This document shows, in pieces, positions 37,200 through 47,395 of a stretch of 64,000 nt of DNA; the first letter of the stretch is position 1; each line of letters opens with the position of its first letter. Both the position numbers and the translations under genes were made by a program. Where the stretch lies: the NCBI GenBank assembly GCA_038064855.1, contig JBBTSE010000007.1, forward strand, positions 87,699-151,698. The letters run 5' to 3'. The stretch comes from Patescibacteria group bacterium. Lineage in GTDB: Bacteria > Patescibacteriota > Minisyncoccia > Ryanbacterales > GWA2-47-10b. The notes under the pieces were generated by a model, which made no database searches, was not told the origin of the DNA, and was given only the letters and a program-made list of their open reading frames with translations.

Positions 37200-38450
37200 T
37201 TAGAGGTATTCGAGTGGATTGAGATAACCACCAGCTGGTACCATACCGCAGTGTTTGGTCTTGGCGAGCCGATACGTATTGGTGGCATATACCGTAAAAT
37301 GCAGGTGCGGACCCGTCACATAGCCGGTATCACCCGCAAATCCTACCAGATCTCCCCTCTTGACCTCTTGTCCCTTTTTGACCGAAATTCCCGAGAAGTG
37401 CGCATAGAGTGTCGAGAGATTATTGGGGTGCTCAATGATCACCCACCGACCGTAAGAGCCTCCCGGGCAGAGGGTGTCGGTATTACCGAAGTCTTTGATT
37501 ATACCCGCCTCCGAGGCCAAAATTCGGGCTCCTATGGCCGCCTTAAAGTCGACACCGTTGTGACCATTACCTTTATAGACATCAGATCCTTGGGTTGTCG
37601 CAAACTCAGTAAACCCAAAGCCCTGGGTTACTTTGGGGTCTTCAACCGGCCAGCCCAGCACTCCTGCCCGTTTTGAGGGCAATAGTGACGGGTCGATAGA
37701 GCGGCGCAATTCGTCTTCAACAGCTTGAAGCTCTTTTTGTATGAGTGCGCGTTTTTCTGCCCGTTCGCGCAAAAGTTGTTGGTATTTTGTTTCTTGGTTT
37801 TTGCTCTCGGAAAGTAGTTTTGATTTTGATTGGTTGATAGTTTCTTGTACTGATTTGCGTCCAGTCAAATTTTTGCGTTGCGAGAGGAGTTCTTCTTCTT
37901 CGCGTTTTTTGCGCTCCGCCTCGGTCTCTAAGCTTTCTTTGTGTTTGCGGAGTGAGACCAAGCTTTGACCAAGTTGTTCTTGTACCGCTTCAGATGCTTC
38001 GCGTTTTTCAAAAAATTCAGAGAGCGATCCATATCCTGCCAATATCTCAATCATAGAGGTATCGTCTTCTTCGTACAAAGATCTGACGAGCGAACCGAGT
38101 ACTTCTTTTTCTGTATCTATTACTGCTTTTTTCTCACCAATCTCAATATCAAGTTCTTCGAGGCGTAGTTCGGTGCGCTGTATCTGCTGTTCGGTGAGCT
38201 TGATGTCAGTATTGATCTTCTTTATCTGTGTCTCAAGTTTTTTAATCTCACCTTTGAGTGTTTGTGATTGATTTGATTGTTTGTCGAGCGCGTCTTGGTA
38301 TTGGGCGATTTCGGCTTCAAGTTTTTTTATTTCTGACTCTCTGCCAGATATTTTTGTGCGTAGTTCGTCTACTGATGCGGAGCCAGCGATAAACGGAAAA
38401 ACAACAAGAACAAGCGCGGGAATGATAGCGAGACGGTGTAAGCTACGCAT
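37200..38450 (-). CDS. Coiled-coil M23 peptidase (EnvC/murein hydrolase family)
   Basis: Signal peptide, long coiled coil, HNGVD, YAH, GPHLHF. Confidence 0.88.
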   Translation of the reverse strand: MRSLHRLAIIPALVLVVFPFIAGSASVDELRTKISGRESEIKKLEAEIAQYQDALDKQSNQSQTLKGEIKKLETQIKKINTDIKLTEQQIQRTELRLEELDIEIGEKKAVIDTEKEVLGSLVRSLYEEDDTSMIEILAGYGSLSEFFEKREASEAVQEQLGQSLVSLRKHKESLETEAERKKREEEELLSQRKNLTGRKSVQETINQSKSKLLSESKNQETKYQQLLRERAEKRALIQKELQAVEDELRRSIDPSLLPSKRAGVLGWPVEDPKVTQGFGFTEFATTQGSDVYKGNGHNGVDFKAAIGARILASEAGIIKDFGNTDTLCPGGSYGRWVIIEHPNNLSTLYAHFSGISVKKGQEVKRGDLVGFAGDTGYVTGPHLHFTVYATNTYRLAKTKHCGMVPAGGYLNPLEYL

Positions 38451-39819
38451 CGAGTTTCTCGATAGCGTATTGTATGCGCCTATGTATCTCGTCGAGTCCA
38501 AAGGCGCTCAAAAGTTCGTAGGGTCCGGGTGAGACGGCGCGACCCGAAAGAGCCGTGCGTAGCGGCCAGAGTACTGTGCCTGTGCCTTCTTTTTCTATAA
38601 GGGGTTTCAAGTTTTGTTCAGCGGTTTCTGGGTCAGTGAGAGTTTCTAAAATAGTTTTTAGTATCTCTTTTGCTTTTGCATGTCCCAATTTTCCTTTCCA
38701 TAAAAGTAGATCAGCATCATAGTCAGGTAGTTCGAGTATATCTCTTATCGCTAAGTCTACTTCGGTAAGTTTGGTGATGCGTGGCAGTACCGCAAGTATA
38801 TATTGTGAGACGCGCAATCCGAGCTTTTGTTTGGTAGTAGGGTTTATAAAGGGTTCGGCACGCCTTACTTTTTCTTCGGGCGAGAGTCGTTTGATATGTT
38901 CGCGGTTGAGCCAATCAAGCTTTTGGGTATCGACAATGGCGCCACCACGCTGCGCGCGTGTGATATCAAATTCTTTAATAATAGTTTCGAGATCTAATAT
39001 CTCGCCTACTTCGTCTTTAGGGTGCCAGCCAAGCATGGCAATAAAATTAATCAATGCCTCGCGGATATATCCTGCATCACGATACTCCCCTACTGATACC
39101 GCTCCATTGCGTTTTGAAAGTTTGGTACGATCTTTGGCAAGCAACAATGGCAAGTGCGCCCACGCAGGCTCACTAAAACCCAGTGCGTGGCCAATCATGA
39201 TTTGTTTCGGTGTGTTGGTAATGTGGTCATCGCCTCGGATAACATGTGATATTTTCATCTCATAGTCATCAATAGTTACTACAAAGTTATAGAGCGGTTC
39301 GTCAAGATTTTTTGCAAGTGAAATATCACCAAATAACTGTGGGTCATAGGTAATATCACCGCGGATCATATCGTGGATAACGATGGGTTCGCGCTCATCG
39401 TTACGAAGGCGTATGATGCCCGCGGTTTTACCTTCATCACGATGCTTACAGATGTGACGCGGAGGTTCTTTGGCTTCGCGCTGGCGCTCACCCTCTGCTT
39501 CAAGCTCTTCAGTAGTATGTGCGCACCAAAATGCCTTTTTCTCGCTTAGTAGGTTTTGTAAATACTCCCTATGGCATATGATGTTTTCGGATTGACGATG
39601 AAATTCATCGTTATCGAGTCCAAGCCACGCGAGGCCTTGTATGATGTCATCTTCAAATTCTTTTTTAGATCGCTCTTTATCGGTGTTCTCGATGCGTAGT
39701 AAAAAAATGCCTCCATGTTGTTTGGCAAAAATAAAATTGAAAAGCGCGGTGCGTGCCGTACCGATATGCATAAAGCCAGTCGGAGAAGGCGCGATGCGTA
39801 CGCGTACTGGTTTATTCAT
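38443..39819 (-). CDS. gltX: Glutamate--tRNA ligase
   Basis: RIAPSPTGFMHIGT, SHVIRGDDHITNTPKQ, KLSKR. Confidence 0.95.
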   Translation of the reverse strand: MNKPVRVRIAPSPTGFMHIGTARTALFNFIFAKQHGGIFLLRIENTDKERSKKEFEDDIIQGLAWLGLDNDEFHRQSENIICHREYLQNLLSEKKAFWCAHTTEELEAEGERQREAKEPPRHICKHRDEGKTAGIIRLRNDEREPIVIHDMIRGDITYDPQLFGDISLAKNLDEPLYNFVVTIDDYEMKISHVIRGDDHITNTPKQIMIGHALGFSEPAWAHLPLLLAKDRTKLSKRNGAVSVGEYRDAGYIREALINFIAMLGWHPKDEVGEILDLETIIKEFDITRAQRGGAIVDTQKLDWLNREHIKRLSPEEKVRRAEPFINPTTKQKLGLRVSQYILAVLPRITKLTEVDLAIRDILELPDYDADLLLWKGKLGHAKAKEILKTILETLTDPETAEQNLKPLIEKEGTGTVLWPLRTALSGRAVSPGPYELLSAFGLDEIHRRIQYAIEKLDA

Positions 39820-40936
39820 GGATACCAAGACGAATGAGCTCAAGGGCGATTTTGCGTGACGCATCAATACGGGCAAAGGTACCAGCGGCCTGCTTCATCT
39901 CTGCTGCGCGTGCAGTGTCCGTAAGAATTTTCTGGATTTCCGATATCAATATGTGCGGAGTGAGATTTGCTTCTTCGATGACGATGGCCGCACCCGTGCG
40001 CGCGTAGTTATAGGCATTTTCGCGCTGATGATTTTGAGCCGAGTCAGTGATGGGTACGAGAATTGCTGGCAAGTGCCACGCAGCAAGCTCAAAAATACCA
40101 CCAGCGCCCGCGCGCGATACCGCTACATTGGACACAAACGCGGCATTGCGTAGTTGGCTTGCGGTCATGAGTGGAAAATGATGGTAGCGTGATTTGTGAG
40201 GCGAGCTACCCAATGCCACTTCTGCTTCTTTGGCAACCATGTCATGGTTGAGGAGTCCTGTCGAATGAATAATCTGAAACTTTTCTACCATCTCAGGAAG
40301 TACTGAAAGTAGTAGATCGTTTATTTTTTGCGCACCCAGTGATCCACCCAACACAAGTACGATGGGTACGCCAGTCTCAAGATTAAAAATACCATACGCC
40401 TCATCTGATGACCCGCCCAAAATACCAGGGCGTATCGGATTACCCAAGAGCGCTACCTTGTCGGGCGGAAAATGTTTGGCCGCTTCAGGAAATGACACGC
40501 CGATACGCCGTGCGAATTTTGCCGCCCAGGTATTAACCACGCCCGGTATCGCATCTGACTCGTGGATCATGACGGGTATGTGATAGAAGCGCGCAGCAAC
40601 AAGTACCGGAAACGCGTCGTATCCACCTTTTGAAAAAATAATATCAGGTGGACGAATAGTAAACTTCCAGAGCGCACGAAAAATACCGCGCAGTGTTTTG
40701 ATACTGTCAGAAAAATTGAGCAGTGAAAAATATCGGCGCATTTTGCCCGCGGGTATCATCTCAAATGAGATTGATTCTTCGCGCATCACCTCGGGGTCAA
40801 AAGGTTTATCGCCCATCAATACGAGATCGAGAGATACGATGCGTTCCTCTTCTGCGATATCACGGAGCGAGCGAGCGACCGCCATAAGGGGGTAAAAATG
40901 TCCGCCCGTACCTCCGCCCAAGAGTACTATTTTCAT
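39812..40936 (-). CDS. murG: Lipid II GlcNAc transferase
   Basis: GGGTGGHFYP, KGGY, HESD, GNPIR, GGSLGA, SRAG, HQRENA. Confidence 0.95.
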   Translation of the reverse strand: MKIVLLGGGTGGHFYPLMAVARSLRDIAEEERIVSLDLVLMGDKPFDPEVMREESISFEMIPAGKMRRYFSLLNFSDSIKTLRGIFRALWKFTIRPPDIIFSKGGYDAFPVLVAARFYHIPVMIHESDAIPGVVNTWAAKFARRIGVSFPEAAKHFPPDKVALLGNPIRPGILGGSSDEAYGIFNLETGVPIVLVLGGSLGAQKINDLLLSVLPEMVEKFQIIHSTGLLNHDMVAKEAEVALGSSPHKSRYHHFPLMTASQLRNAAFVSNVAVSRAGAGGIFELAAWHLPAILVPITDSAQNHQRENAYNYARTGAAIVIEEANLTPHILISEIQKILTDTARAAEMKQAAGTFARIDASRKIALELIRLGIHE

Positions 40937-42024
40937 AGGTGTTTGCGTTTTGAAATTTGCACAAGCACGCCCATTTCAAAAAGGAGAAATGCGACAGCAG
41001 TGCCGCCCAAGCTCATAAAAGGCAACGGAATGCCGGTAAGCGGCAAAAGGCCAGAGAGTGCCGCAGTATTGATAATAACTTGCGTGACAACCAGCAGGGT
41101 GATGCCAGATGCGAGAAGCTGGGTAAAGGGATCGCGCGTATGTGCTGATGCCAGCATACCACGAACGGTAAAGAGAAAAAAGGCGCCGATGAGTATGATG
41201 ACTCCTATAAATCCGTACTCTTCGGCGAACACTGCGAATATCGCGTCACCGTCAGGTTCAGGTAAATAAAATTTCTGTCGCGAAAGACCGACTCCCCTAC
41301 CCCAGAGCCCACCTGATCCTATCGCGAGTCGCGCTTGATTTATTTGATAACCGATACCTTGCGGATCAATGTCGGGATCCATAAACACAAGCAAGCGATT
41401 TATCCGGTAGGGTTCGATAGATATCGCTACCCCTAACAAGAACGCACCCAAAAGAAAAATAAGTCCCACCTGTCGCATGCGCCCACCACCCATAATAAAC
41501 ATACCAAGCGCGGTACATGCGATAACCCCAAAGGTTCCCAGGTCAGACTCAAACAACACAAAACTTCCTACAATACCGGTGATAGCAAGAAAAGGTATGA
41601 GGCCTGATAGAAAGCTGGTAAGGTCTTTGCGCCGCGAATGAATCCAAGCAGCAAGATACGCGATAAAGGTAAATTTGAGTACCTCGGAGGGTTGAAATGA
41701 AAATCCACCAATCACAATCCAACGCGTTGATCCGCCCACCGTAAGACTGATACTTGGGATGGTAAACATCGCGAGCATGATAAGGAGACTTCCGATCAAG
41801 AGCAACGGCGCACTTTTTTTCCATAGTGCTAGTGGTGCGCGGAGACCTATCATAAAAAAAATACCACCGAGTCCGAAGCCAAAGACGAGCTGGCGCAAAA
41901 AATATGAATACGAATTGCCAAAATGCCGTACTGAACGCGGCGCCGATGCTGATGCAAAAGTAATAATGCCTACCAGGAGAAGAAAGGCGATCACACCCAA
42001 CAATAGTTTGTCCGTGTGTTTCAT
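40933..42024 (-). CDS. ftsW: SEDS glycosyltransferase FtsW
   Basis: RWI, FQPSEVLK, GYQ, LPEPDGDAIFAV, TGIPLPFMSLGG; adjacent to murG and murD. Confidence 0.88.
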   Translation of the reverse strand: MKHTDKLLLGVIAFLLLVGIITFASASAPRSVRHFGNSYSYFLRQLVFGFGLGGIFFMIGLRAPLALWKKSAPLLLIGSLLIMLAMFTIPSISLTVGGSTRWIVIGGFSFQPSEVLKFTFIAYLAAWIHSRRKDLTSFLSGLIPFLAITGIVGSFVLFESDLGTFGVIACTALGMFIMGGGRMRQVGLIFLLGAFLLGVAISIEPYRINRLLVFMDPDIDPQGIGYQINQARLAIGSGGLWGRGVGLSRQKFYLPEPDGDAIFAVFAEEYGFIGVIILIGAFFLFTVRGMLASAHTRDPFTQLLASGITLLVVTQVIINTAALSGLLPLTGIPLPFMSLGGTAVAFLLFEMGVLVQISKRKHL

Positions 42025-43328
42025 TATCGTTGCAAGCGTTTTACTGCTTTTTGAAATTGAGCGCTCCGGTCGTATTCATTACGAAACATATTGAAGCTCG
42101 TAGCGCCCGGCAAAAGTACTACTGCGCCTTTGGTGTGTTGAGCTAGACGCACCGCCTCTGTCATAGTTTTCGCACGCTCTACGGTACCGATATATTTCTT
42201 GAGCTTCACACTCAATGATCCTGGAAAGAGTATGACGCGCGGATGATATTTTTTGATAGCATCGCCGTACACACGGATATCTTTATCGGGAAATTTTTTG
42301 TCTTCACCTCCAGCGATAATTGTGATCGTCTCCCACTTTTTGGCAATCGCGGCAAGAGAAAACGCTGCAGCCCCCGGACTCGTCGAGGTAGTGTCATCGA
42401 TAAATACGGTAGTGCGCGTTGTGCGTATTATCTCAAGTCTACTCGCGGGTGCATTAAATGATACGAGGCGCTTTTTGATAACGCTATCTGACATGCCGAA
42501 TGACCGTGCGACAGCAACTGCGAGTGCTATCGCGGGGCGCGAGACGCGCCATGATACTTTTTTCTCATAGTTTGGAAGTTGGTGCCCGCTGACCCACAAG
42601 CGTTTTCCTCGGTATGCTTTGGGAAAGTGACGCGCAAGCTCAGAGTCGTACCACACAAACGCGCGATCTTTTTGTGTGTGTTTCGCCACGATATGCATTT
42701 TTGCTTTTGCGTACGCGGCAAACGATCCGTAGCGATTAAGATGGTCAGCAAAGAGTGATGTGATGACAGCATTGGAAGGTCCGCGCGAGACAAGATCAAG
42801 ATCAAAGCTTGAAAATTCAGCTACAATCCAACGAGGGAGCGTGCGTGTTTTGAAAATATCAAAAAACGATACGCCGGGTGTACCGACAGCGATCGCATCT
42901 TTACCTAAGAGGTGTTTGATTAAAAGAGTTGTCGTCGTCTTGCCCTTGGTACCCGTGACACCAATAATGCGTCCGTGTGATACGAGTGTCAGAAAAAGAT
43001 CGGCATCGTTAGTGATAGGAATCTTTTTCTTTTTTGCCGCGCGGATAAATGGCGATTCGAGTGGCACGGCAGGATTTTTAATGATAAGATCTGCGTCGCG
43101 TATATCCTGCATAGTATGTTTGCCGAGCGTATAGCGTATGCGTGGATATTTTTTGAGTTGTGCGAGTGATGTCGCAAGTTCTTTTTTTGATCGCAAATCA
43201 GTGACTGTGAGTGTATAGCCAAGGTCAGCCAAAAAACGCGCGACGCCAACTCCCCCACCGAGCGCGCCGAGTCCTAAGATGAGTATATGTGGATCGCGCT
43301 TACCCGCGACGAAGAATTTTGCCCGCAA
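42024..43328 (-). CDS. murD: UDP-MurNAc-L-Ala--D-glutamate ligase (start uncertain: TTG 43328 or ATG 43382)
   Basis: ILGLG, IKNPAVP, GVTGTKGKTTT, EFSSF, DHLNRY, GGEDK, SFNMF. Confidence 0.85.
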   Translation of the reverse strand: MRAKFFVAGKRDPHILILGLGALGGGVGVARFLADLGYTLTVTDLRSKKELATSLAQLKKYPRIRYTLGKHTMQDIRDADLIIKNPAVPLESPFIRAAKKKKIPITNDADLFLTLVSHGRIIGVTGTKGKTTTTLLIKHLLGKDAIAVGTPGVSFFDIFKTRTLPRWIVAEFSSFDLDLVSRGPSNAVITSLFADHLNRYGSFAAYAKAKMHIVAKHTQKDRAFVWYDSELARHFPKAYRGKRLWVSGHQLPNYEKKVSWRVSRPAIALAVAVARSFGMSDSVIKKRLVSFNAPASRLEIIRTTRTTVFIDDTTSTSPGAAAFSLAAIAKKWETITIIAGGEDKKFPDKDIRVYGDAIKKYHPRVILFPGSLSVKLKKYIGTVERAKTMTEAVRLAQHTKGAVVLLPGATSFNMFRNEYDRSAQFQKAVKRLQR

Positions 43329-44877
43329 GCGCTCCCGTAGGAACTCCTTTTTCGATTGCAAGCCGTCCGTTGATGAAGACATGTTCGATGCCCGTTGGAT
43401 ATTGATAAGGTGCGCTGTAGGTCGCGATATCGCGAATACCGTCAGGGTCAATGACTACGATATCTGCCAGCGCGCCTTTTTTAATCGACCCGCGTTCTCC
43501 CGCGATACCAAGATGTGCCGCAGGTACCGCTGTCATACGCTTGATAGCTTCTTCCCATGAAAATATTTTTGACTTTCGCACGAGACGATCGATATACCGA
43601 GGCGCAGCACCATACGAGCGCGGGTGCGTCAAATCTTTGCGTCCCTTTGGATCGCCTACGCCGTCGGAGGCAAACATACTATAAGACTCCTTGGCGATGG
43701 TGACGAGATGTCTACTTTTGAGTGTTTTTGAAAAAATAGTGACACTCAAACCATTGACGATCAATATCTGGATGAGGGTTTCTTCTGGCGAAAGTCCTGA
43801 TTGGGCGGAGATCTCCGCGATACTTTTACCGATTATTTTTTTGTCTTTTTGCGCTTCGGCTATCACAATATTGTCGTAATGGAGTGTCAGACTGCGCACC
43901 GTTTCAAGGATTGATTCGCGCTTGTGCTGATCAGAAAGCATTGCCATACTCTTTGCTTGATCTCCCTCCATAATCCATTCGGGTAGAAGATTTGAAAGAA
44001 GCGATCCAGTGCGAAGATATGGAAAAAAGTCCGCTGATATCGGCAAGTTTTCATATTTACGCGCCTTACGGATGATGGCGAGCACTTTGGGAAAATCTTG
44101 CCATGCCTTTCTGCCAATCGCTTTGAAATGAGCGATGTGTACCTGCGCGCCCGAAGACCGTGCGAGATTGATGACTTCAGCGACCGACGAGAGGATCCTA
44201 CGACCTTCGTTGCGCATATGGACACTCACTACTTTGCCTGCGTCCGCGACAATGCGTGCAAGCTCGATGATTTCTTCTTGAATGGCAAGTGTATTTGGTA
44301 TGTGCGCCAAGCCGATTGAAAGCCCAAACGCGCCTTCATCGAGCGATCGTTTGAGTAAAAGTTTCATTGATTCGAGCTCTTGACGCGTGAGCTCACGCGC
44401 GTCATCGTCAGTGATGTTGTGGCGAAGCGTTGAATATCCAACCAGACTGCCCATGTTGACACCCATCGGATGCTTATCAAGTTCGCCATAAAATTCTTCC
44501 ATACTGCGCCAGTTGATATTAAAATTTGATATGTCGGTCCATTTTTGGATGGAGCTTATAGCTTTCTGATCGACAAGAGGAGCGAGTGACGATCCACATG
44601 CGCCGCCGATGACAGTGGTAATGCCTTGCGCGAGCAAATTTTCTTGCGCGGGGTAGGTAAAGATCGTCCAGTGTGTATCCGAATGATTGGTCACATCAAT
44701 AAATCCAGGCACGATGTATTTGCCCGCGGCGTCGATGACACGCGTTGCCCGCCCCCTACCTACTGCGCCAACTTCTTTTATAATCTCGCCGGAAATACCA
44801 ATATCACCGCGGTACATAGGAAAACCCGAACCGTCGATGATGGTGCCCCCTCTAATGATATATGAATACGCTGCCAT
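43300..44877 (-). CDS. N-acyl-D-amino-acid deacylase (amidohydrolase family)
   Basis: IIDGSG, PGFIDVTNHSD, GACG, HMRNE, HIAHFK, ASDG, HPRSYG, ADIVV. Confidence 0.8.
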   Translation of the reverse strand: MAAYSYIIRGGTIIDGSGFPMYRGDIGISGEIIKEVGAVGRGRATRVIDAAGKYIVPGFIDVTNHSDTHWTIFTYPAQENLLAQGITTVIGGACGSSLAPLVDQKAISSIQKWTDISNFNINWRSMEEFYGELDKHPMGVNMGSLVGYSTLRHNITDDDARELTRQELESMKLLLKRSLDEGAFGLSIGLAHIPNTLAIQEEIIELARIVADAGKVVSVHMRNEGRRILSSVAEVINLARSSGAQVHIAHFKAIGRKAWQDFPKVLAIIRKARKYENLPISADFFPYLRTGSLLSNLLPEWIMEGDQAKSMAMLSDQHKRESILETVRSLTLHYDNIVIAEAQKDKKIIGKSIAEISAQSGLSPEETLIQILIVNGLSVTIFSKTLKSRHLVTIAKESYSMFASDGVGDPKGRKDLTHPRSYGAAPRYIDRLVRKSKIFSWEEAIKRMTAVPAAHLGIAGERGSIKKGALADIVVIDPDGIRDIATYSAPYQYPTGIEHVFINGRLAIEKGVPTGALAGKILRRG

Positions 44878-44878
44878 A

Positions 44879-45949
44879 TTATTTGCCGATGAGATGTATC
44901 ACCATACCCATAATCGCACATACAACGCCTACCACCCAAAAACGCATAGTTACTTTGTAGTGAGGCCACCCGAGCGCTTCAAAGTGATGATGAATAGGAG
45001 CCGCCAAAAATACTTTTTTGCCGCGAAATCGCTTTGATGCAATCTGGATGACATTTGAGGCAACCTCGGCTACGAGTGGAAATGCGATGATAGGTAAGAC
45101 CGCGACCGCGCCCGTAAGAAATGCGATAACCGTAAGCATTGAGGTAAGCCCGAGCATACCCGTCTCACCCATATAAAAACGGGCAGGCGGGATGTTGTAC
45201 CAGAGAAAAGCGAGTAGCGCACCGACCGTAACGCCAAGAAAAGTAGCAAGATCAAGTTGCTGCTGAAAAAATGCAATACCACCATAGGCGGCAAGTATTG
45301 AGGCAAATACACCACCAGCCAAACCATCAAGTCCATCAATAACACCGCCCGCAAAGACCGCAAGCATAGTGAGCATAAAAAATGGAATAAAGAGAATACC
45401 AAGCGTTAGATCTCCCCAAAATGGTATATGGATGCCGCGCATCTCGAGTGGCCCATAAAACCACCACGCGCCAACTGCGCCGATGACGAGTACCGCACCA
45501 ATGCGCGCCTTGAGATCCAATCCTCCGCCTACATAGGTATCACGGCCCCGTACTGCCATCCAGTCATCGACGAGGCCTGTGAGCGCGCCCGCGAGTAGGG
45601 CTGCGAGCGGCAGCCATGTTTGGTTTCTTGAAAGGAAATTGAGTTTTGAGAAAAGTGGCCCGCCATACATCCCACCAAGCGCCCAGAGCGCAAGAGTAAT
45701 ACAAACGACAGTACCCCAGATGAGAATACCGCCCATGCGTGGCGTCTCGATACGCGTGCGTTCTTTGAGAATGCCGGAAATAACGAGCGCCTCTTCACCT
45801 GTAGTAGCCCTGCGCGCTATTTGTGGACGCCACATTTTGTACGCGTACAAATAATGTGTCAAAAGCGGAGTCACCAAAAAAGCTACAAAAAAAGAAAGAG
45901 CTGAGAGACCAAAAACCTTTAAAACATCGAGCAATATCGCCTCTTGCAT
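44879..45949 (-). CDS. mraY: Phospho-N-acetylmuramoyl-pentapeptide transferase
   Basis: TPRMGG, GLVDD, DGLDGL, FYMGETG, APIHHHFE. Confidence 0.93.
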   Translation of the reverse strand: MQEAILLDVLKVFGLSALSFFVAFLVTPLLTHYLYAYKMWRPQIARRATTGEEALVISGILKERTRIETPRMGGILIWGTVVCITLALWALGGMYGGPLFSKLNFLSRNQTWLPLAALLAGALTGLVDDWMAVRGRDTYVGGGLDLKARIGAVLVIGAVGAWWFYGPLEMRGIHIPFWGDLTLGILFIPFFMLTMLAVFAGGVIDGLDGLAGGVFASILAAYGGIAFFQQQLDLATFLGVTVGALLAFLWYNIPPARFYMGETGMLGLTSMLTVIAFLTGAVAVLPIIAFPLVAEVASNVIQIASKRFRGKKVFLAAPIHHHFEALGWPHYKVTMRFWVVGVVCAIMGMVIHLIGK

Positions 45950-45954
45950 ACTCC

Positions 45955-46860
45955 TTATGGTAGCATACCTCCGGTCCGAAGGAGGAGGGATGACGCCTCA
46001 ACGACTCGCTGACTTGGCTCGGCGCCCAAAAGTATGAGTACTTGGGGCCTTCCGAGTATTGGTTCGTAAATAATGATGATTGATTCACCAGCGGTTTCCG
46101 TGGTACCGGTCTTGCTACCTACAAAATTGATAATATACGGCGTCAGAACATTGCTGTTGGTAAGCAGGTGGCCATCTTGTCCAAATGAAACAATTTTTTT
46201 GTCTGCTTCGCGCGATGGTTCCCATAAAATCGGCGTTTTCATCGATGCGCGTATAAGTTTAAGAAGATCGTTTGCTGAAGAAAAATTACTTGACTCGTAG
46301 GTCGGTAAATCAAGGCCAGTAGGATTGCGGTAGAGCGTATCATGCATATCGAGCGTGCGTGCACGCCCATTCATCGCTACTACAAATCGTTCTATCTTTT
46401 CATCAAAGGTCTTACCGCCAAGCCTCTCGCCTACAGTCTCGGCTATCGCCATCGCCATATCATTTGATGATGGCATCATGAGCGCATAGAGTGCATCACG
46501 CAGGGCAAATACTTCGCCTTCATGAAAATTTCCCACCTCACCTTGCGTCCCTACTGCTTCTTTTGAAAGAATGATCGGCGTGTTGAGTGGCAAAATCTCA
46601 AGTGCCAATAAACCCGTCATGACTTTGGTGATGCTCGCGATTGGCCTGCGTTCACCCGTGGCCCGCTCTGCTGTACGCCAGGTGCCACCAAGATCCGCTA
46701 CCAGCACGCTTTGTGCGGTATAGGTGCTATCGAGTACCACATGGGCTGGCGGAGGCAATGGTACCAACGGCTCTGCGGGAGGTGCGAGTGCAGGAATGAT
46801 AATACCAAAAGCGGCCAAAAAGCCCGCGACAACCGTGACAGCACTTGGAAAATCACTCAT
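45955..46860 (-). CDS. D-alanyl-D-alanine carboxypeptidase (S11)
   Basis: ASITK, SSN, NPTGL, KTG. Confidence 0.85.
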   Translation of the reverse strand: MSDFPSAVTVVAGFLAAFGIIIPALAPPAEPLVPLPPPAHVVLDSTYTAQSVLVADLGGTWRTAERATGERRPIASITKVMTGLLALEILPLNTPIILSKEAVGTQGEVGNFHEGEVFALRDALYALMMPSSNDMAMAIAETVGERLGGKTFDEKIERFVVAMNGRARTLDMHDTLYRNPTGLDLPTYESSNFSSANDLLKLIRASMKTPILWEPSREADKKIVSFGQDGHLLTNSNVLTPYIINFVGSKTGTTETAGESIIIIYEPILGRPQVLILLGAEPSQRVVEASSLLLRTGGMLP

Positions 46861-47395
46861 GGTCTTTGAGGTCTTTTGCTATATCGTCGTAGCTGGGTAA
46901 CTCCGCGCTTGATGTAATACCAAGGTATTTGAAAAGATCGAGTGTCGGGCGATACAAAAAGACGCGCGCATCTTGTTCGTCTTGTGAGCGTTCGATGAGT
47001 CCGCGAATGAGAAGCGCGCGGAGTGCAAATGCCGAGTTGACGCCACGCACATAATCAATAGCTGAGCGTGATACGCGGCCTTTCCATAAAATAATCGCGA
47101 GCGTCTCGAGCTGTGAGCGCGTCAGATCCCCCTCGAGTCGTTCTTTAGCGATGCGGCCTGATACTTCACTAGTCTCGGGCGCGGTGACGAGCGTATAAGT
47201 ATCTTCACTCTGCAAAAGCCGTATACCGTGATCGGCAAGACTTTCTTTGAGTATCTCGAGTGTCTTGGCTACCTCGCGCTTGTCAGCGCGAGAAAGACGC
47301 GCCAAATCTTTGAGTGCCAATGGCTCGCCTGACACAAATAAAAGCGCTTCGAGTGACTGGGGTAGATTATTGTTATTCTGTTCGTCCATGTTCAA
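46853..47395 (-). CDS. scpB: SMC-Scp complex subunit ScpB
   Basis: LEALLFVSGEP, LETLAII, IDYVRGVNS. Confidence 0.9.
   Translation of the reverse strand: MNMDEQNNNNLPQSLEALLFVSGEPLALKDLARLSRADKREVAKTLEILKESLADHGIRLLQSEDTYTLVTAPETSEVSGRIAKERLEGDLTRSQLETLAIILWKGRVSRSAIDYVRGVNSAFALRALLIRGLIERSQDEQDARVFLYRPTLDLFKYLGITSSAELPSYDDIAKDLKDHE

Noticed and set aside
6617-43451. Long N-terminal extensions in the ORF track (frr, ctpA, pyrG, cysS, gltX, murD and others)
   Set aside because: The extensions overlap neighbouring genes or lack family similarity; internal starts fit better
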